A stretch of DNA of 64,000 nt. Source: Mobula birostris. Its lineage: Eukaryota. Shown piece after piece: positions 50,809 through 64,000 of the stretch. The notes beneath the pieces are model-generated. The model was not told the DNA's origin, did no database searches, and saw only the letters and a list, made by a program, of their open reading frames with translations. Position numbers and translations under genes: made by a program. The stretch covers positions 39,972,777 to 40,036,776 of the forward strand of contig NC_092390.1 of assembly GCF_030028105.1 (NCBI RefSeq), in the 5' to 3' direction. Every line of letters starts with the position of its first letter. The first letter of the stretch is position 1.

Positions 50809-51786
50809 ACACAAGAAATTCTGCAGATGCTGGAAATCCAGAGCGATCCACAGAAAATACCGGAGGAACTCAGCATTGTCATGCAGAACCTATGGGAATG
50901 AGTAAACAGTTGATGTTTCGGGCTGAGACTCTTCAGCGGGACTGGAAGGGAAAATACCAGAATAAGATGGTGGGGGGGGGGGGGGAGTGGAAGGGGTACC
51001 ACTTAGAAGGTAATAGGTAAAGCCTGGTGGGTGGGGAAGAGAGATGAATTAAGAAGTTGGGAGGTGATAGGTGGAAAAGGTAAAGGGCTGGTGAAGAAGG
51101 AATCTGATAGGAGAGGAGAGTACACCATAGGAGAAAAGTGAAGGATGCAGCCTCCCCCGCACTGGTGAGAACCAACTTAGATTCGGGAACTGCTTTGTCA
51201 AGCACCTCCGCTCCATCCACAAAAAAAAAACGGCTTTCCTTTTGGCCAACTATTTTACTTGCAATTCCCATTCCCATTCCAATATGTCAGTCCTCTTCAG
51301 CCACGGTGAGGAGGCACTCCTCATATTCCGCCTCGGTGGCCTCCCACCCGATGGCATGAACATCGATTTCTCCAGAATTGCAGTGATTCTTCCCTGCTCC
51401 CTTTTCCCTCTTCAATTCCCCACTCTAGCCTAGTTCCTCTTCTCCTCACCTGTCTATTATCTCCCCCTGGTGCCCCTCCTGCTTCCCTTTCTCCCACGGT
51501 CCACTCTCCTCTCCTGTCAGAGTCTTACTTCTCCAGCCCTTTACTTCCCGGCTTCTTAACTCATCCCTCCGCCCCCACACACCTGGCTTCACCTATCACC
51601 TTCTACCCTGTACTCCTTCCCTTCCCTCCCCCCACCCCTTCCAACCTCTTATGCCGGCATTTCCCCTTTCCTTTCCAGTCCTGATGGAGGGTCTAAGGCT
51701 GAAACACCAACTGTTTATTCATTTCCATAGATGCTGCCTGACCTGCTGAGTTCCTCCAGCATTTTGTGTGCCATTTTCAGCGCTAT
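50809..51786 (+). mobile_element. Penelope-like insertion with inverted 5' pLTR, nested in a minus-strand Rex1 copy (50275-51860)
   Basis: 50809-51150 is a minus-strand pLTR; 51150-51770 is plus-strand GIY-YIG remnant + pLTR; direct repeat TTTCTGTAA at 50800-50808 and 51787-51795. Confidence 0.78.
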
Positions 51787-53934
51787 TTTCTGTAATGTGA
51801 TGAGCTCTGTCCACAATCCTCCGCAGTTTCTTACTGTTATATACAAGTAGTTGCCATACCATGCTTTGGATACGTGGTCTGGGATGGTGGCAGAGACAGA
51901 AGCATTTGGGAATTTTAAGAGCCGTTTAGATAGGAACATGAATGAGAAGAAAATGGAAGTGGATTGACATTATGTAGACAGAAGAGATTTCCCCAGCCAT
52001 ACTGTTCTGTGTTACAGATTGTCTGTATTTTGCTGCATGTTTGTAAATTTCTCCATATAACATTATTTCACTGGCAGTAGCAGAAATTGGATGCCGTTGG
52101 TCTGCATTTTAACTCTCCTGTCATTTATATAACTTGGGTGTTAGGCTCTTTGCATTGTATTGATTATTCTAGTGCCTGTCCAATATTCCCTCATTCCAGC
52201 TGTGCCGCCAAGGGTAAAATTAATTTCACTTAGAAGATGGCAGCTACTGAAAAATCATATAAAATAATCTATTGGCAATTCTGTTAATCACTGCTGGATT
52301 CAAAAGGCCTGTCACATTGCACTTTTCCCCAAGGCCTACTTAGATTGACTATCAACTGGGCAGGTTCAAATGTGACTTCTCCCATTTAACAAGTTGTAAA
52401 ATGGAGCAAAAATATCTCCCCATTTCATAAATGAAGCATGACCAATTCACTGGCTTCCATCCTATGGCAGAAACAGCTACAATAGTGTTGAAATTGTCCA
52501 AAAATAAGTCTAATTAAAAGAAAACTATTCATTACTTTAAACTACCTAAGTCTTCACAAATGAGTATTTATGGAACTGCTGCTCAGCCTTTTAGTACTTT
52601 AAATCTTTTTAATAGAAATCCCCAATGTATAAATTCCACTCAGCAGCTAGAAATAAATAGAAGGGTACCTTGAGACATTTTACTAACATATTGAAGATGG
52701 GTTGTGCAATTCGATCCGACATTTCTTCTTGAAAAGGGATTCAGCCAACATCCAGATTAGGCTGAAGAAATCACAGCAGCCTTATTCTCCCTTTCTCTTT
52801 CCCTCATTCTCATCGTCTTTCTGTTTTTATTTCTTGTTCCAGTCCTTTTACTCTGCACAGACAATTTTTGCCTCTTAGGGCTTAAGGATAAAATGAGAAG
52901 GAAACCACAGCTGAGCTATATTAACTATTAACCTATGGCAAAAACATGATTATCCTAACTGATTATTAGTTATTTACTAATTCCCATTTTTCAGAATCTA
53001 TACACAGTATTATCTCATCTTTGCCTTTTTTTTGCTCAATTGCTTTGTGAATGTTCCTACAGGATTTCACTGGTGATTTTCATCAAGTAGTCTCCAAGAA
53101 TCTTTAAAACGTTACAGTAATATTTTTAGTCACCCTTGGCAATTAGTAATTTAGTTGCATTAGTGTAGGAGTCCAAATTTGAATTGCACTATAAAACCTC
53201 TCTTAGATTCAGGATGCTAATAAATCTACTGGGCAAACTGGGTCAGAACTAATTTTTGACACTTCAATCTACAATTCCCATAAATTGTCCAAGTTCTAAT
53301 TAATATGAGTGATCTTCTAATAGTTTCAAAGAAAGAGGATAGTGAATGAGAGTCTGTAAGTAGATCACTTAATTAAATGCGAACAGCAACTTGCCCCACC
53401 ATCCCAATTGCTTCTAACAGATTGAACACAGTGCAGTCTATCATAGATCATGCACATTTTATCTGATGAAGGACGATACTAAAATACTTTTTCACTGTCT
53501 ACCCAATTTCAGGCTATTACTGTGTATCAAAAAAATCAATGGCTGTAATATTGACCCAGAGGCATACATCTCTTTGTCTGAAAACCAACATCCTTTACTT
53601 CCTCTTTTTTGGCCAGGTTTGCATTGACAAGGCTGTTGCTCTTTTATCCACACGAGCTTCATTGTTTCCAATCTCCATTATGTGGCACTTCATCAACATT
53701 ATTACAAAAGTCTAAATACAGATATTCTACTATATTAGCTTCATCTTTTTCTTTATTATTGAAGAACTCAAAAACATTTGTTGGATTGTTTTTAACAATT
53801 CTATCTTGCCTCTCATTTATTGACCCCAGGCCCTGCTGTAACAATTTTACCTGAAATTATGGCCGCTGAATGTTTCCGTATTTAATACGATTGGCCTGTT
53901 GTTGGGGTTTATCCATGTTATGTTTTTCTGAATG

Positions 53935-54390
53935 GGATATAGACATTGCCACAGTCTCGCACCAAAGCCACTGCCACAGGAAAGCAGTCTCCATCATCAA
54001 GGACCCACCATTCAGGCTATGCTTTCTTCTCACTGTTGCCATGGGGAAGGAGGTACAGGAACCTTAGTTCCACATCACCAGGTTCAGGAGCAGTTAGCAC
54101 CTTTTGACCATTGGCTTCCTGAACCAGTGTGAATAACTTCACTTACCTCAATACTGAACTGATTCCACAACCTATGGACTCATTTTCAAGGACTTGACAA
54201 CTCATGTTGTCAGTATAATTAATTTATTTGATTTTTTTTCTATTTTCACAATGTGTCTTCTTTTGCACAACGGTTGTTTGTCAGTCATTGTGTGTAGTTT
54301 TTCATTTGTTCTATTGTATCTCTTTGTTTTACTGTGAATGCATGCAAGAAAATAAATCATTGAGTTGTTTATGGTGACATATACGTATTT
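53935..54390 (+). mobile_element. Rex1/Babar-type LINE 3' fragment
   Basis: RKAVSIIKDP...CAGGTTCAGGAGCAGTT and 3'UTR matching other copies. Confidence 0.75.
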
Positions 54391-54394
54391 TGTG

Positions 54395-55825
54395 GGTGGG
54401 AGGGTAGAGATACATCTCTACTGAAGGAGGTGTAAGGCACAACTTCCCTCTGCTAGCCGTCAGGTCACCCTTGGACAAAGTATAATAGAAACATAGAAAC
54501 ATAGAAAATAGGTGCAGGAGTAGGCCATTCGGCCCTTTGAGCCTGCATCGCCATTTATTATGATCATGGCTGATCATCCAACTCAGAACCCTGCACCAGC
54601 CTTCCCTCCATACCCCCCGATCCCCATAGCCACAAGGGCCATATCTAACTCCCTCTTAAATATAGCCAATGAACCGGCCTCAACTGTTTCCTGTGACAGA
54701 GAATTCCACAGATTCACCACTCTTTGTGTGAAGAAGTTTTTCCTAATCTCGGTCCTGAAAGGCTTCCCCTTTATCCTCAAACTGTGACCCCTCGTTCTGG
54801 ACTTCCCCAACATTGGGAGCAATCTTCTTGCATCTAGCCTGTCCAATCCCTTTAGGATTTTATACGTTTCAATAAGATCCCCCCTCAATCTTCTAAATTC
54901 CAACGAGTATAAGCCTAGTTCATCCAGTCTTTCATCATATGGAAGTCCTGCCATCCCAGGAAACAACCTGGTGAACCTTCTTTGTACTCCCTCTATGGCA
55001 AGGATGTCTTTCCTCAGATTAGGGGACCAAAACTGCACACAATACTCCAGGTGTGGTCTCACCAAGGCCTTGTACAACTGCAGTAGTACCTCCCTGCTCC
55101 TGTACTCGAATCCTCTTGCTATGAATGCCAGCATACCATTCGCCTTTTTCACCGCCTGCTGTACTTACATGCCCACTTTCAATGACTGGTGTACAATGAC
55201 ACCCAGGTCTCGTTGCACCTCCCCTTTTCCTAATCGGCCACCATTCAGATAATAATCTGTGTTCCTGTTTTTGCCACCAAAGTGGAAAACCTCACATTTA
55301 TCCACATTAAATTGCATCTGCCATGAATTTGCCCACTCACCCAACCTATCCAAGTCACCCTGCATCCTCTTAGCATCCTCCTCACAGCTAACACTGCCGC
55401 CCAACTTCGTGTCATCCGCAAACTTGGAGATGCTGCATTTAATTCCCTCATCCAAGTCATTAATATATATTGTAAACAACTGGGGTCCCAGCATTGAGCC
55501 TTGCGGTACCCCACTAGTCACTGCCTGCCATTCTGAATACCTGTTTATCCCCCCAGTCAGGGTCACCTGAAACAATGGGATCAAGCAGTGGATGGTCATA
55601 TGAGTGGCTGGTGCATATCACAAGTCCTGGTCATGTGACCACTGAAGCTAGGCAGGCAGTCTCCGAAGAATTTTGATAATGGCTTGGGTCACCTGTCTTG
55701 TAAAAACACTGCCCGGAAGGATGCAATAGCAAACCACTTATGTAGAAAGTTTGCCAAGAACAATCATGGTCGTACAATGACCATTATCAACCACGCCATA
55801 CAACGTGGCACATAACAACTGAGTG
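54395..55825 (+). mobile_element. RTE-related short element split by a CR1 insertion (host parts 54395-54486 and ~55540-55825)
   Basis: Left part GGTGGGAGGGTAGAGATACATCTCTAC...GGTCACCCTTGG; right part ends with GCAATAGCAAACCACTTATGTAG...TTTGCCAAGAAC, resembling the RTE/BovB-type GGCAATGGCAAACCAC motif (recalled). Confidence 0.5.
54487..55540 (-). mobile_element. Young 5'-truncated CR1 LINE
   Basis: Minus ORFs 55165-55599 (GVPQGSMLGPQLF, KFADDTKLG) and 54583-55152; (TAGAAACA)n tail; same subfamily as 1-484. Confidence 0.95.
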
Positions 55826-57102
55826 ATACGTAAATAAATTTGATAATAAATTTACCTTAAACTTTGAACTCTTTGAAAAGAATCCAAAGATTGTGGTCAA
55901 AGGTTTACTTCCTTCACTGACTAATGGACAAGACGATTTAATCTACTTTGTGTTCTAATGGTATTTTAACAACCATTCCTATAGCAACTGCTACCCTTTT
56001 GTTGTACTATAGAGGTCCCAGCATTGTGTACATCCTGCAGTATCATGATGTCAATAGATCCCTTACAAATTCAAGGTAATGTTGCAGTGAAGTTAATTAC
56101 TAGTTGCTAGTTTTCTAACCTGTCGATCTAGGACTTGTTCAAATCATACGATAGCAAATTTAAGTTCAAGTAGACAAATTAATATGAAATTAAAGCTAGA
56201 CTCAGTGATGGGAACCATCTGTGAGAAAGGTCATCTAGGTTCATCGAGTCCTTCAATGAAGGAAGACAGCCTTCTTTGCTCAGTTTGTTTTAAACCACAA
56301 GATATTCTGCAGATGCTAGAAATCTGGAGTAACACATACAAAATGCTGGAGCAACCCAGCAGGTCAGGCAGCATTGAGCCACCGTTCTCAGGACAAATTT
56401 TCTTTGATAATAACAAAACTACGGTAACTTTCACCATCATGTCCTGCTCAGAGTAATTATATTGATTTTAATTTTGAAAAGAATTATTGCCTCTTTTCTC
56501 CAGCTCTGTTGTATTTGCACAGGGCAATAAAGACCAAGAAACCTTTAAGCTGGATTATATATTTGTACAATTGCATGTATTGATTCCAGGCTTTGACAGT
56601 CGGAAGAATCTTTCCCTAAAGTATTGCAAAGTATCTGCTGGACGTCCCCATATATAGGATCAGGTATATTATCATGCTGGCTGTGATGGCTGTAAGAGTT
56701 AATAGGTTCATCAACTAATCAACAGAAGGCCCACATTCAATACCTTTCATTATTCGACTGAGATGCTGAAATCTCCTGAATATATGTTATATAACATCCC
56801 TTGTGTTCAGCCAAATAAATGGTGAAAGGGTCAGGTTCAGTGAACCTATCTCACTTCTAGCTATGTGCCTCATCAGGTAACAGTCCATTATAGTGCACAC
56901 AATTCTTCTGGAGTGATTCTAATCAGAGAACACTGAGCAATAACATTTCATTGCTGTCATCTGAACAGCACCTCTGATAGTTTGTTCTAATTGCTCAGGA
57001 TTGCAGCAATGAAAAAGATAATGTAACTTTTGGGTCTGGAATATTTAGTACTATTTAGAAGACCTTTATAATTAAGCTCTATCAAGAAAATGTGCTGATA
57101 GC

Positions 57103-57370
57103 ATTTATTTATTTATTTATTTATTTATTTAGAGATACAACATGGTAACGGACCCTTTCTGCTCAACGAGCTAACTCTTTCCAATTGCACCCATGTGACC
57201 AATTAACCTATTAACCTACTAATCCATACTTCATTGGGATGTGAGTGGAAACAAGAGCACACAGAGTAAACCCATACGATCAATGGGAGAACATACAAGC
57301 TCTTTGCAGACAGAAATGGAGCTGAACCTGGGTCTTTAGTGCTGTAGTAGCATTAAGCTAACCTCTTCTC
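57103..57370 (-). mobile_element. V-SINE/HE1-like SINE with (ATTT)n tail
   Basis: (ATTT)7 at 57103-57130 followed by GTGGAAACAAGAGCAC...GGGAGAACATACAAGCTC core. Confidence 0.7.
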
Positions 57371-57769
57371 AAGATAAAATTATGCCAACTCACACAAATT
57401 GCTGGCAGAACTCAGCAAGTCAGCTAGCATAAATGGAAGCAAACAAACAGCCAATATTTTGGCCCACAACCCTTCATCAGGACTGGAAATATCAATGTGA
57501 TCTTCCAATTATAAAGCAACTGGATATATTAAAACTTTAAGCAGAAACATAATAGGGAGCTGGAGTGAAATATATAAAAATGCAGCAGGCAACATTTTAA
57601 GGCAATGTAGATTTACTGTAGGTGCAAATGGGTTTTCCCCCATCACTGGGGAATATTATGAAGAATAGATATTAAAAGTCCTCAGTAGCAGCTTTCCCTC
57701 TTCTATTACAATAGTTTAAAGAAAGAGAGATCAGGATCGTTTGGCATTTGTTTTCCTGATGTCCAGTCT

Positions 57770-58720
57770 AAATGACCACTTTTCACATTGAGGATTATGG
57801 TGAATTTATTTTTACTTACTCACTTTCTGGGATCTGAGCATTTGGTCATCGAACCAATGGCTAGCATGGATTGCCCACCCGTGATGGGTAGTGGGCAGCT
57901 ACCTTCTTGAACCACTGTAGTCATTCTCCTAAAACCACTCCTATAATGTTGTTGAATAGGGAGTTCTAGGACTTGAAACCAATGAGAGTTTATATATGGT
58001 ATAAATGCTATTTCAGCTGGAAGGGATCCTGCAGAGCGTTATGCTCTCATGTCATGATGTAGCTTTGGAAAGATCTGTCAGAGCAGGCAAACTAAGTAAA
58101 TGCATTTTGTAGTTGGTATGCCCTGAGATCACTGTGCAGTGGTGGTCAAGGGAATGAATACCTAGGGTGGCTAATGAGGTGTCAGTCAGACAGATTGCTT
58201 CATTCCCAGTGGTGTCAAGTTTCTCGAGTATTAATGGAGCTGCACTCATTTAGGCAAGTGAAGAATGTTGATCAAACACTGTATTTGTGCCTTGTTGTTG
58301 GTTGAAAGTCTTTGTGGTGTGAAGAAGTAAACCTCTCATGGGAGGATAACTGGTTTGTGCCCTCCTCGTTACCTTTGTCCAGTTGCATTCCTGATGCATA
58401 GTGGTGCCCAGGATGCAGTTGGTGGATGACTCAACATTTACAGTGTCACTGATTTTAAGTAATCTTTCTTGTCTGAGGTGATCATTGCTTGGTACATCCC
58501 AGCCCGAAACTGAATGTTGTCCTGTCTTGCCTGCGTGCAGGCTCTGAACTGGGACTGGAGAAGCAGCTGGAGAAAGTTGAGTTGAGGACGCCACCCTGAC
58601 AACCATTGTGCTGCTGTCCTGTGGCTGGGTTGAACACATGAATACAGGAGCACTGGAGCAGGTGTAGTTCATATGGCACATCAAGCCTGTCCCACCATTC
58701 AAACTCTTCATAGCTGACTT
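57770..58720 (-). mobile_element. Degraded CR1/L2-group LINE
   Basis: Minus ORF 58250-58711 contains NCILGTTMHQECNWTK and other degenerate RT C-terminal motifs. Confidence 0.5.
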
Positions 58721-58789
58721 ACATTGGCATCAACTCCTCTCCTGTCAGTTCCCCAGTACCCTCAATTTCCTGATCTATTAAATATTTAT

Positions 58790-59220
58790 AGAATCATGGA
58801 ATAATTCAGCATGGAATAGGCCCTTTTGCCCAACTTAACAATGTCGACCGCCAGATATCTTGTTTTCATGCATTTCGCCCATGTCCCTCTCAACCCCAGC
58901 TTATGCAAGTACCTTTTGAATGCCGTTATTGTACCAGCCTCAGCTACTTTGTTGGCTCATTCTTGCAGCCCATTCCACAAAAAGGCACCACACTCTGCAG
59001 GAAGAAGATGCCCTTTGGGTCCCTGCTAAACCTTTCACATCTCACTGTATACCTGTGCCCTTTGATCTTTTTCAGTTTCCCATCCTTGGGGAAAAACATG
59101 TGTGTTACCCTATCTATGGTCCTTGAGATATTATATACCCTCTTTAAGGTCACTCCTCAGTCTCCTGTGCTCCAAGAAATAAAATCATTGCCTGTCCAAC
59201 TTATCTATCACCATCTTAAA
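58790..59220 (-). mobile_element. Old CR1 3' fragment
   Basis: ATAGAATCATGGAATAATTCAGCATGGAATAGGCCC tail; TTATATACCCTCTTTAAGGTCACTCC. Confidence 0.6.
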
Positions 59221-59699
59221 TCTATCAAAAGCTCCTACCTCCACCACTAATGAGGAATTCACTACCTTACCACAGAAGAAATTTCTATGCATCTTACTTC
59301 TAAATGATTAGTCCATTATTTTGTATCTATATCCCTTTGTTCTTGATTTTCACACCCATGTTATCACCCATTGGATTATTTTCCTCTTGACATCAAATCA
59401 CTTCACTTTTATTAGAGCTGCTTGATCAATATTTGGTCAAGTCGCTTGTCACATGTGCAAGTACAGGTCTGCACAGGTGCGAAGAAGAACTTACCTGCAG
59501 CAGCATCACAGATACTACATAGCACTATATAAGTGGCATTCACAAGAAAAAACATAAATTATACAATATTTTTATCAGAAAAACACATTATTGGAACCAA
59601 AATAAAAGCAAGTTCATTTTAGTGTAAAATTATCATAGTTTGTGCTAAATTGTAGAGATTAGGGTTTTGCCATTTGATTCGTGGACCTGGAGGTATGAA

Positions 59700-60815
59700 A
59701 CTTCAGGCCAATGGTAGCTCCCAAACTCCATCTTTAGAGACAAACAGCTGACCAACATCTATTATAAATCTGTTCCCAGGATACAGCTTTTCTTTCCAGG
59801 ACATCAAAAATGTCCCCTTTCTTCCTCTACTATTCATGCTGCCCTCACCTACATCTCTTCCATTTCCAGAACATCCATGCTCACCTCATCTTCCTGCCAC
59901 CTCAACAGTGATAGAGTTCCTCTTGTCCTTACTCCACATCCAACCCATTATTCTCCCCAGCTTCTGCTATCTTTAAAAGGATCCTACCACTAAACTTACC
60001 TTTACCTCCTCCACCACACTCTCCACTTTATGTAGGGATCACTCCCTCAGGGATTTCCTTGTCGATTCATCTCTCCCCTACAACCGGCCAAAGAGCTACA
60101 CCTGCTTATTCACTCCTCCATTCTGGGCCCCAAACACTCCTTCCAGGTGAGGCAACACCTTACCTGTGAATCTGCTGGGGTTGTCTATTGTGTCCGGTGC
60201 TCCCGATGTGGCCTCATCTACATTGGTGAGACCCATTGTAAATTGTGGTACTGCTTCATCAAGCACCTCCGTTCCATCTGCCAAAAGTGGAACTTCCCAG
60301 TGGCCAAACATTTTAATTCCAATTCCCATTACTGTTCCAACATATCAGTCCATAGCCTCCTTTTCTGTCATGATGAAGCCACCCTCAGGTTGGAGGAACA
60401 ACAACGTATATTCCATGCGTGAATGGCATGAATATTGATTCCTCCTTCCAGTAGAAAAACTCCCTTCCCCTTCTCTCTTCTTCTATTCCCCATTTTGGCC
60501 TCTTACCTCTTCTCACCTGTCTATCATGTACCCTATCCCCTAGGTCCCCTCCTCCTTTCCATTCTCTTATGGTCCACTCTCCTCTCCTATCAGATTCCTT
60601 CCTCTCCAGTCCTTTACCTTTTCTACCCACCTGGCTTCACCTATCACCTTCTAACTATCCTCCTTCTCCTCCCGCTAAACCATTTTATTCTGTCAACATC
60701 CCCTTTCCTTTCAGTCCCGAAGAAGGGTCTTGGCCCAAAACGTCAATCGTCTATTGGCTTCTATAGATGCTGCCTGACTTGCTGAGCTCCTTCAGAATTT
60801 TGTGTGTGTTGCTTT
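59700..60815 (+). mobile_element. Penelope-like element 3' part with GIY-YIG endonuclease and pLTR
   Basis: ORF 60147-60422 LTCESAGVVYCVRCSRCGLIYIGETHCKL...HLRSI...PVAKHFNS is a GIY-YIG motif with the CxxC insert typical of PLEs; pLTR with degenerate hammerhead at ~60713-60745. Confidence 0.88.
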
Positions 60816-61547
60816 GATGATAGATGTTGCCTTCTTGAACCTCCTGTAGGTACCCACAAGGGTGAGGATGGATGTGTCTCTGAGGTATTTAGCAGATTCC
60901 ACTATTCTCTACTGCTTCTTATGTTTCACTGCATTTGAATTGCCTACCAGGCCATGAAATAAACAGCCATGAAATAAATCAACAGAACATATGCAGATGT
61001 TTGTTAAGGTGTTCAGTGTCAAGCTGAACCTCCTTAACCTAAGGTAGACATTGACATGCTTTCCTTATGATTGCATCTATATGCCAGACCCAGGACAGGC
61101 CATCCGATATATTAATATCCAGTAATTTAAAGTTGCTGGCTCTCTCCACAACAGATCCTCCAATGTAGACTGGTCACACACTCCTACCAAGGCAGCCATT
61201 GCCATGTCACCATCAGGATTCAGTGTTTTGGTCCATGTTTGGCTGTGTTTGTGTTGGGTACAATTTGTACCCAAACGGTAACTGGTAACAATTTGATTGT
61301 ACTATCAACAACACCTTCCACCACTTGGCTGATAACTGAGAGTAGATTGACTAGGTTGCCATTTGTCATTTTGGATTTGTTCCACTTTTTGTGAATAGGA
61401 CATAACCGGGCAGTTTTTTTCTTATTATATGGCAGATAACAATGATGTAACTACATTTGAGTAGTTTGGCTGGAGACACAGTTAGTCTTACGTAAGAGCT
61501 CTTCAGTGCCACAGCTGGAATGTGATCTGACCTCATAAACTACTATG

Positions 61548-61900
61548 TATTGAACTGAATCAAATTGACTTTATTACTTACATCCTTCATATACATGAGG
61601 AGTAAAATTTTTTACATTAAATCTCCATCTAAATGTGCAATTTGTAGTAATTTATAATAAATAGTATATACAACAGGATAGTCAATATAACATTGAAATA
61701 CAGTTGTGTCAGAATGAGTTAATCAGTCTGATGGCCTGGTGGAAGAAGCTGTCCCGGAGCCTGTCGGTCCTGGCTTTTATGCTGCGGTACCATTTCCTAG
61801 ATGGTAGCAGCTGGAACAGTTTCTGGTTGGGGTGACTCGGGTCCCCAATGATTCTTCAGGCCCTTTTTACACACTTCTTTGTAAATGTCCTGAATAGTGA
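61548..61900 (-). mobile_element. Rex1/Babar-type LINE 3' end
   Basis: Reverse-complement match to the 27860-28420 family (TCTGATGGCCTGGTGGAAGAAGCTGTCCCGGAGC). Confidence 0.8.
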
Positions 61901-62024
61901 ATGAGTGGTCTCAGCCATTTCTTGATATCACATGAAGCAAATGTAATTGTCACAGATCAAATTTGTACAGTGAGTTGCATATTGATCTACATCACAGCCA
62001 CATTCAATGACCTCTATTTCATAA

Positions 62025-62910
62025 GTTCATAAGACCACAAGTCAAAGGAGCAGAGTTAGGCCATTTGGCCCATCGACTCTGCTATGCCATTCAATCTTGC
62101 CTAATCCTTTTTCCCCTCCTCAGCCCCACTCCCCAACCTTCTCCCCATAATCTGTGATGCTATATCCAATCAAGAGCCTCTCAATCCTTGTCTTGAATAC
62201 ACCCAACGACCTGGCTTCCACAGCTGCCTGTGGTAATAAATTCCACAAGTTTCACCCTCTGGCTAAGGAATGTTCTCCGCATCTCTATAAGTGGATATCC
62301 CTCTATCCTGAGGCAATGCCCTCTTGTCCTAGACTCTCCTACCATGGGAAGCATCCTTTCCACATCTACCATGTCTGGGCCTTTCAACATTTAAAAGGTT
62401 TCGATGAGATCCCCCCTCATCCTTCTAAATTCCAGCTAGTACAGACCCAGAGCTATCAAACGTTTCTGGTATGATAACACTTTCATTCCCAGGATCATCC
62501 TTGTGAACCTCCTCTGAACCCTCTCAAATGCCAGCCCATCTTTCCTTGATGAGAAGCCCAAAACTGTTCACAATATTCAAGGTGAGGCCTCAGCATCACA
62601 TCCCTGCTCTTGTATTCTAGACTTCTCAAAAGGAATGTTAACATTACATTTGCCTTCCTCACCACCGACTCAGTCTGCAAGTTAATCTTTAGGTTGTTCT
62701 GCACAAGGACCCTCTGCATCTCAGATTTTTGAATTTTCTCTCCATTTATTTCCTCTACCAAAGTGCATGACCATGCATTTTCCAACATTGTCTTTCATTT
62801 GCCACTTTCATGTCCATTCTCCCACTCTGTCTAAGTCTTTCTGCAGCCTTCCTGTTTCCTGAACACTACCTGCCCCTCCACCAATCTTTGTACCATCTGC
62901 AAACATGGCA
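62025..62910 (-). mobile_element. Degraded CR1 3' part
   Basis: Minus ORFs 62181-62390 (GESRTRGHCLRIEG) and 62495-62788 (LEYKSRDVMLRPHLEYCEQFWAS). Confidence 0.8.
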
Positions 62911-64000
62911 ACAAAATCAAGGTCTGATGGAAACAGGCAGTGTTGACCACCAGCGCCCATTTTACAATAATTCTTCATTAACCGCATTTTAAAAAAACAT
63001 AGGCTCCCTACAGATTTCATCACTTGCCAGAATGTTGTAGGAAATTTATATTGGCCAATTAACCTACCAACATGCATGTTTTTTGAGATGTGGGGGGAGA
63101 AAAATGGAGAACTCAAAGGAAACCCACACGATCACAGGCTGACTCCACACAGACAGCTTGAGAAGTTAGGATTGACTTGGATCTCTGGTTCCAGGAGACA
63201 GCTGCTCGACTAGCTCCATGTGCCACCAGGTGCATGTGAGCTTATTAGTTGAAAACAGAACTAAAGTTCATGGCACAGTGAGTACCCACCTGCATTTAGC
63301 ACAAAATGCTGTGTTAAGCTATATAATTTCTAGGCCAACTACTTTTTAAGCTAATGCAAGTACAGGAAAATTAATTCAGTTCCTTACTTTTCAGTTTTCT
63401 GATTTTTTGTTTTCCCCACACACTTCTATTTTTTAAATTTTATTGCAGTGCACTTACAAATATACCTCTGAGGAGCATCACAATGACAGCAATAAGTGCT
63501 CGTGCTATCACTATTCCCTAATTTGCATCAGAATCAAACCAGTACACAGGCAGCTAAAAGTATCAGCTTTAAGTGGCAATGTCAGTTTTCAGTTCAATTC
63601 TCTTTGAGTTCAAAATCATACCATTTTAAGAAATAGCACAAATGCATTTAATCATTTGTGTTCTGTCTTTTGTTGTCAATTACATATTATTGTCACTTTG
63701 GTGATGTTTTATCTTGTTAATTGGTGTGAAATCAGTGGTAGGGGACAAAGTAATCTCTTTTCAGTAAGAAGACATAGTGAACAACCAGGCCTGTAACATG
63801 GAATAACATGGCCAAGTACAAGGAACTGGGAAGTGGCGAGTGAACATTGCACTCAGATACCCTAGGACTAATGGTGTGTGCGAACATTGGTAAGTAGAAA
63901 GAAAAATTAGCTTTATCTGACCAGCATTTATGTGTACAAGCAAACTTTGAAACATGCAGTGAAATGCGTTGCTTTGCGTCAAATCAAATCGGTGAGGATT

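Noticed and set aside
63274-63309. CACAGTG...ACAAAATGC as a recombination signal sequence
   Set aside because: Spacer is 20 nt (not 12 or 22-23), the nonamer is degenerate, and there is no adjacent V/D/J segment

Overview
Vertebrate non-coding, repeat-dense DNA, most likely from a cartilaginous fish (shark or ray). This is inferred from the repeat mix: CR1, Rex1/Babar, L1, Penelope with hammerhead-type pLTRs, V-SINE-like SINEs, a HERO-type RLE element and a chromoviral Gypsy. The only host coding sequence I can support is one 87-nt exon at 48713-48799 (+), [28 protein letters not shown]. It is the terminal exon of an X-family polymerase of the TdT/Pol mu group, best matching DNTT (terminal deoxynucleotidyl transferase), and it is absent from the ORF track. 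I found no other TdT/Pol mu exon in the 48.7 kb upstream, so this may be a very long last intron, but that is a by-eye negative. Almost all ORFs in the supplied track are retroelement fragments or their antisense shadows. The most interesting non-gene observations are: about ten Penelope minimal-hammerhead motifs, including a ~92-bp-arm foldback centred on the ribozyme core; an HDV-like ribozyme-shaped domain in an unassigned 485-bp insert; a young tRNA-derived SINE with a perfect TSD and a 16-bp palindrome; a four-family nested insertion cluster; a perfect 8+9 bp pseudoknot/GATA cluster; a NAGNAG acceptor; and a candidate 30-nt in-frame cassette exon. I did not find firm evidence of a wholly new biological system. 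The structured-RNA and splicing candidates are hypotheses. Repeat boundaries are approximate unless a TSD is quoted.
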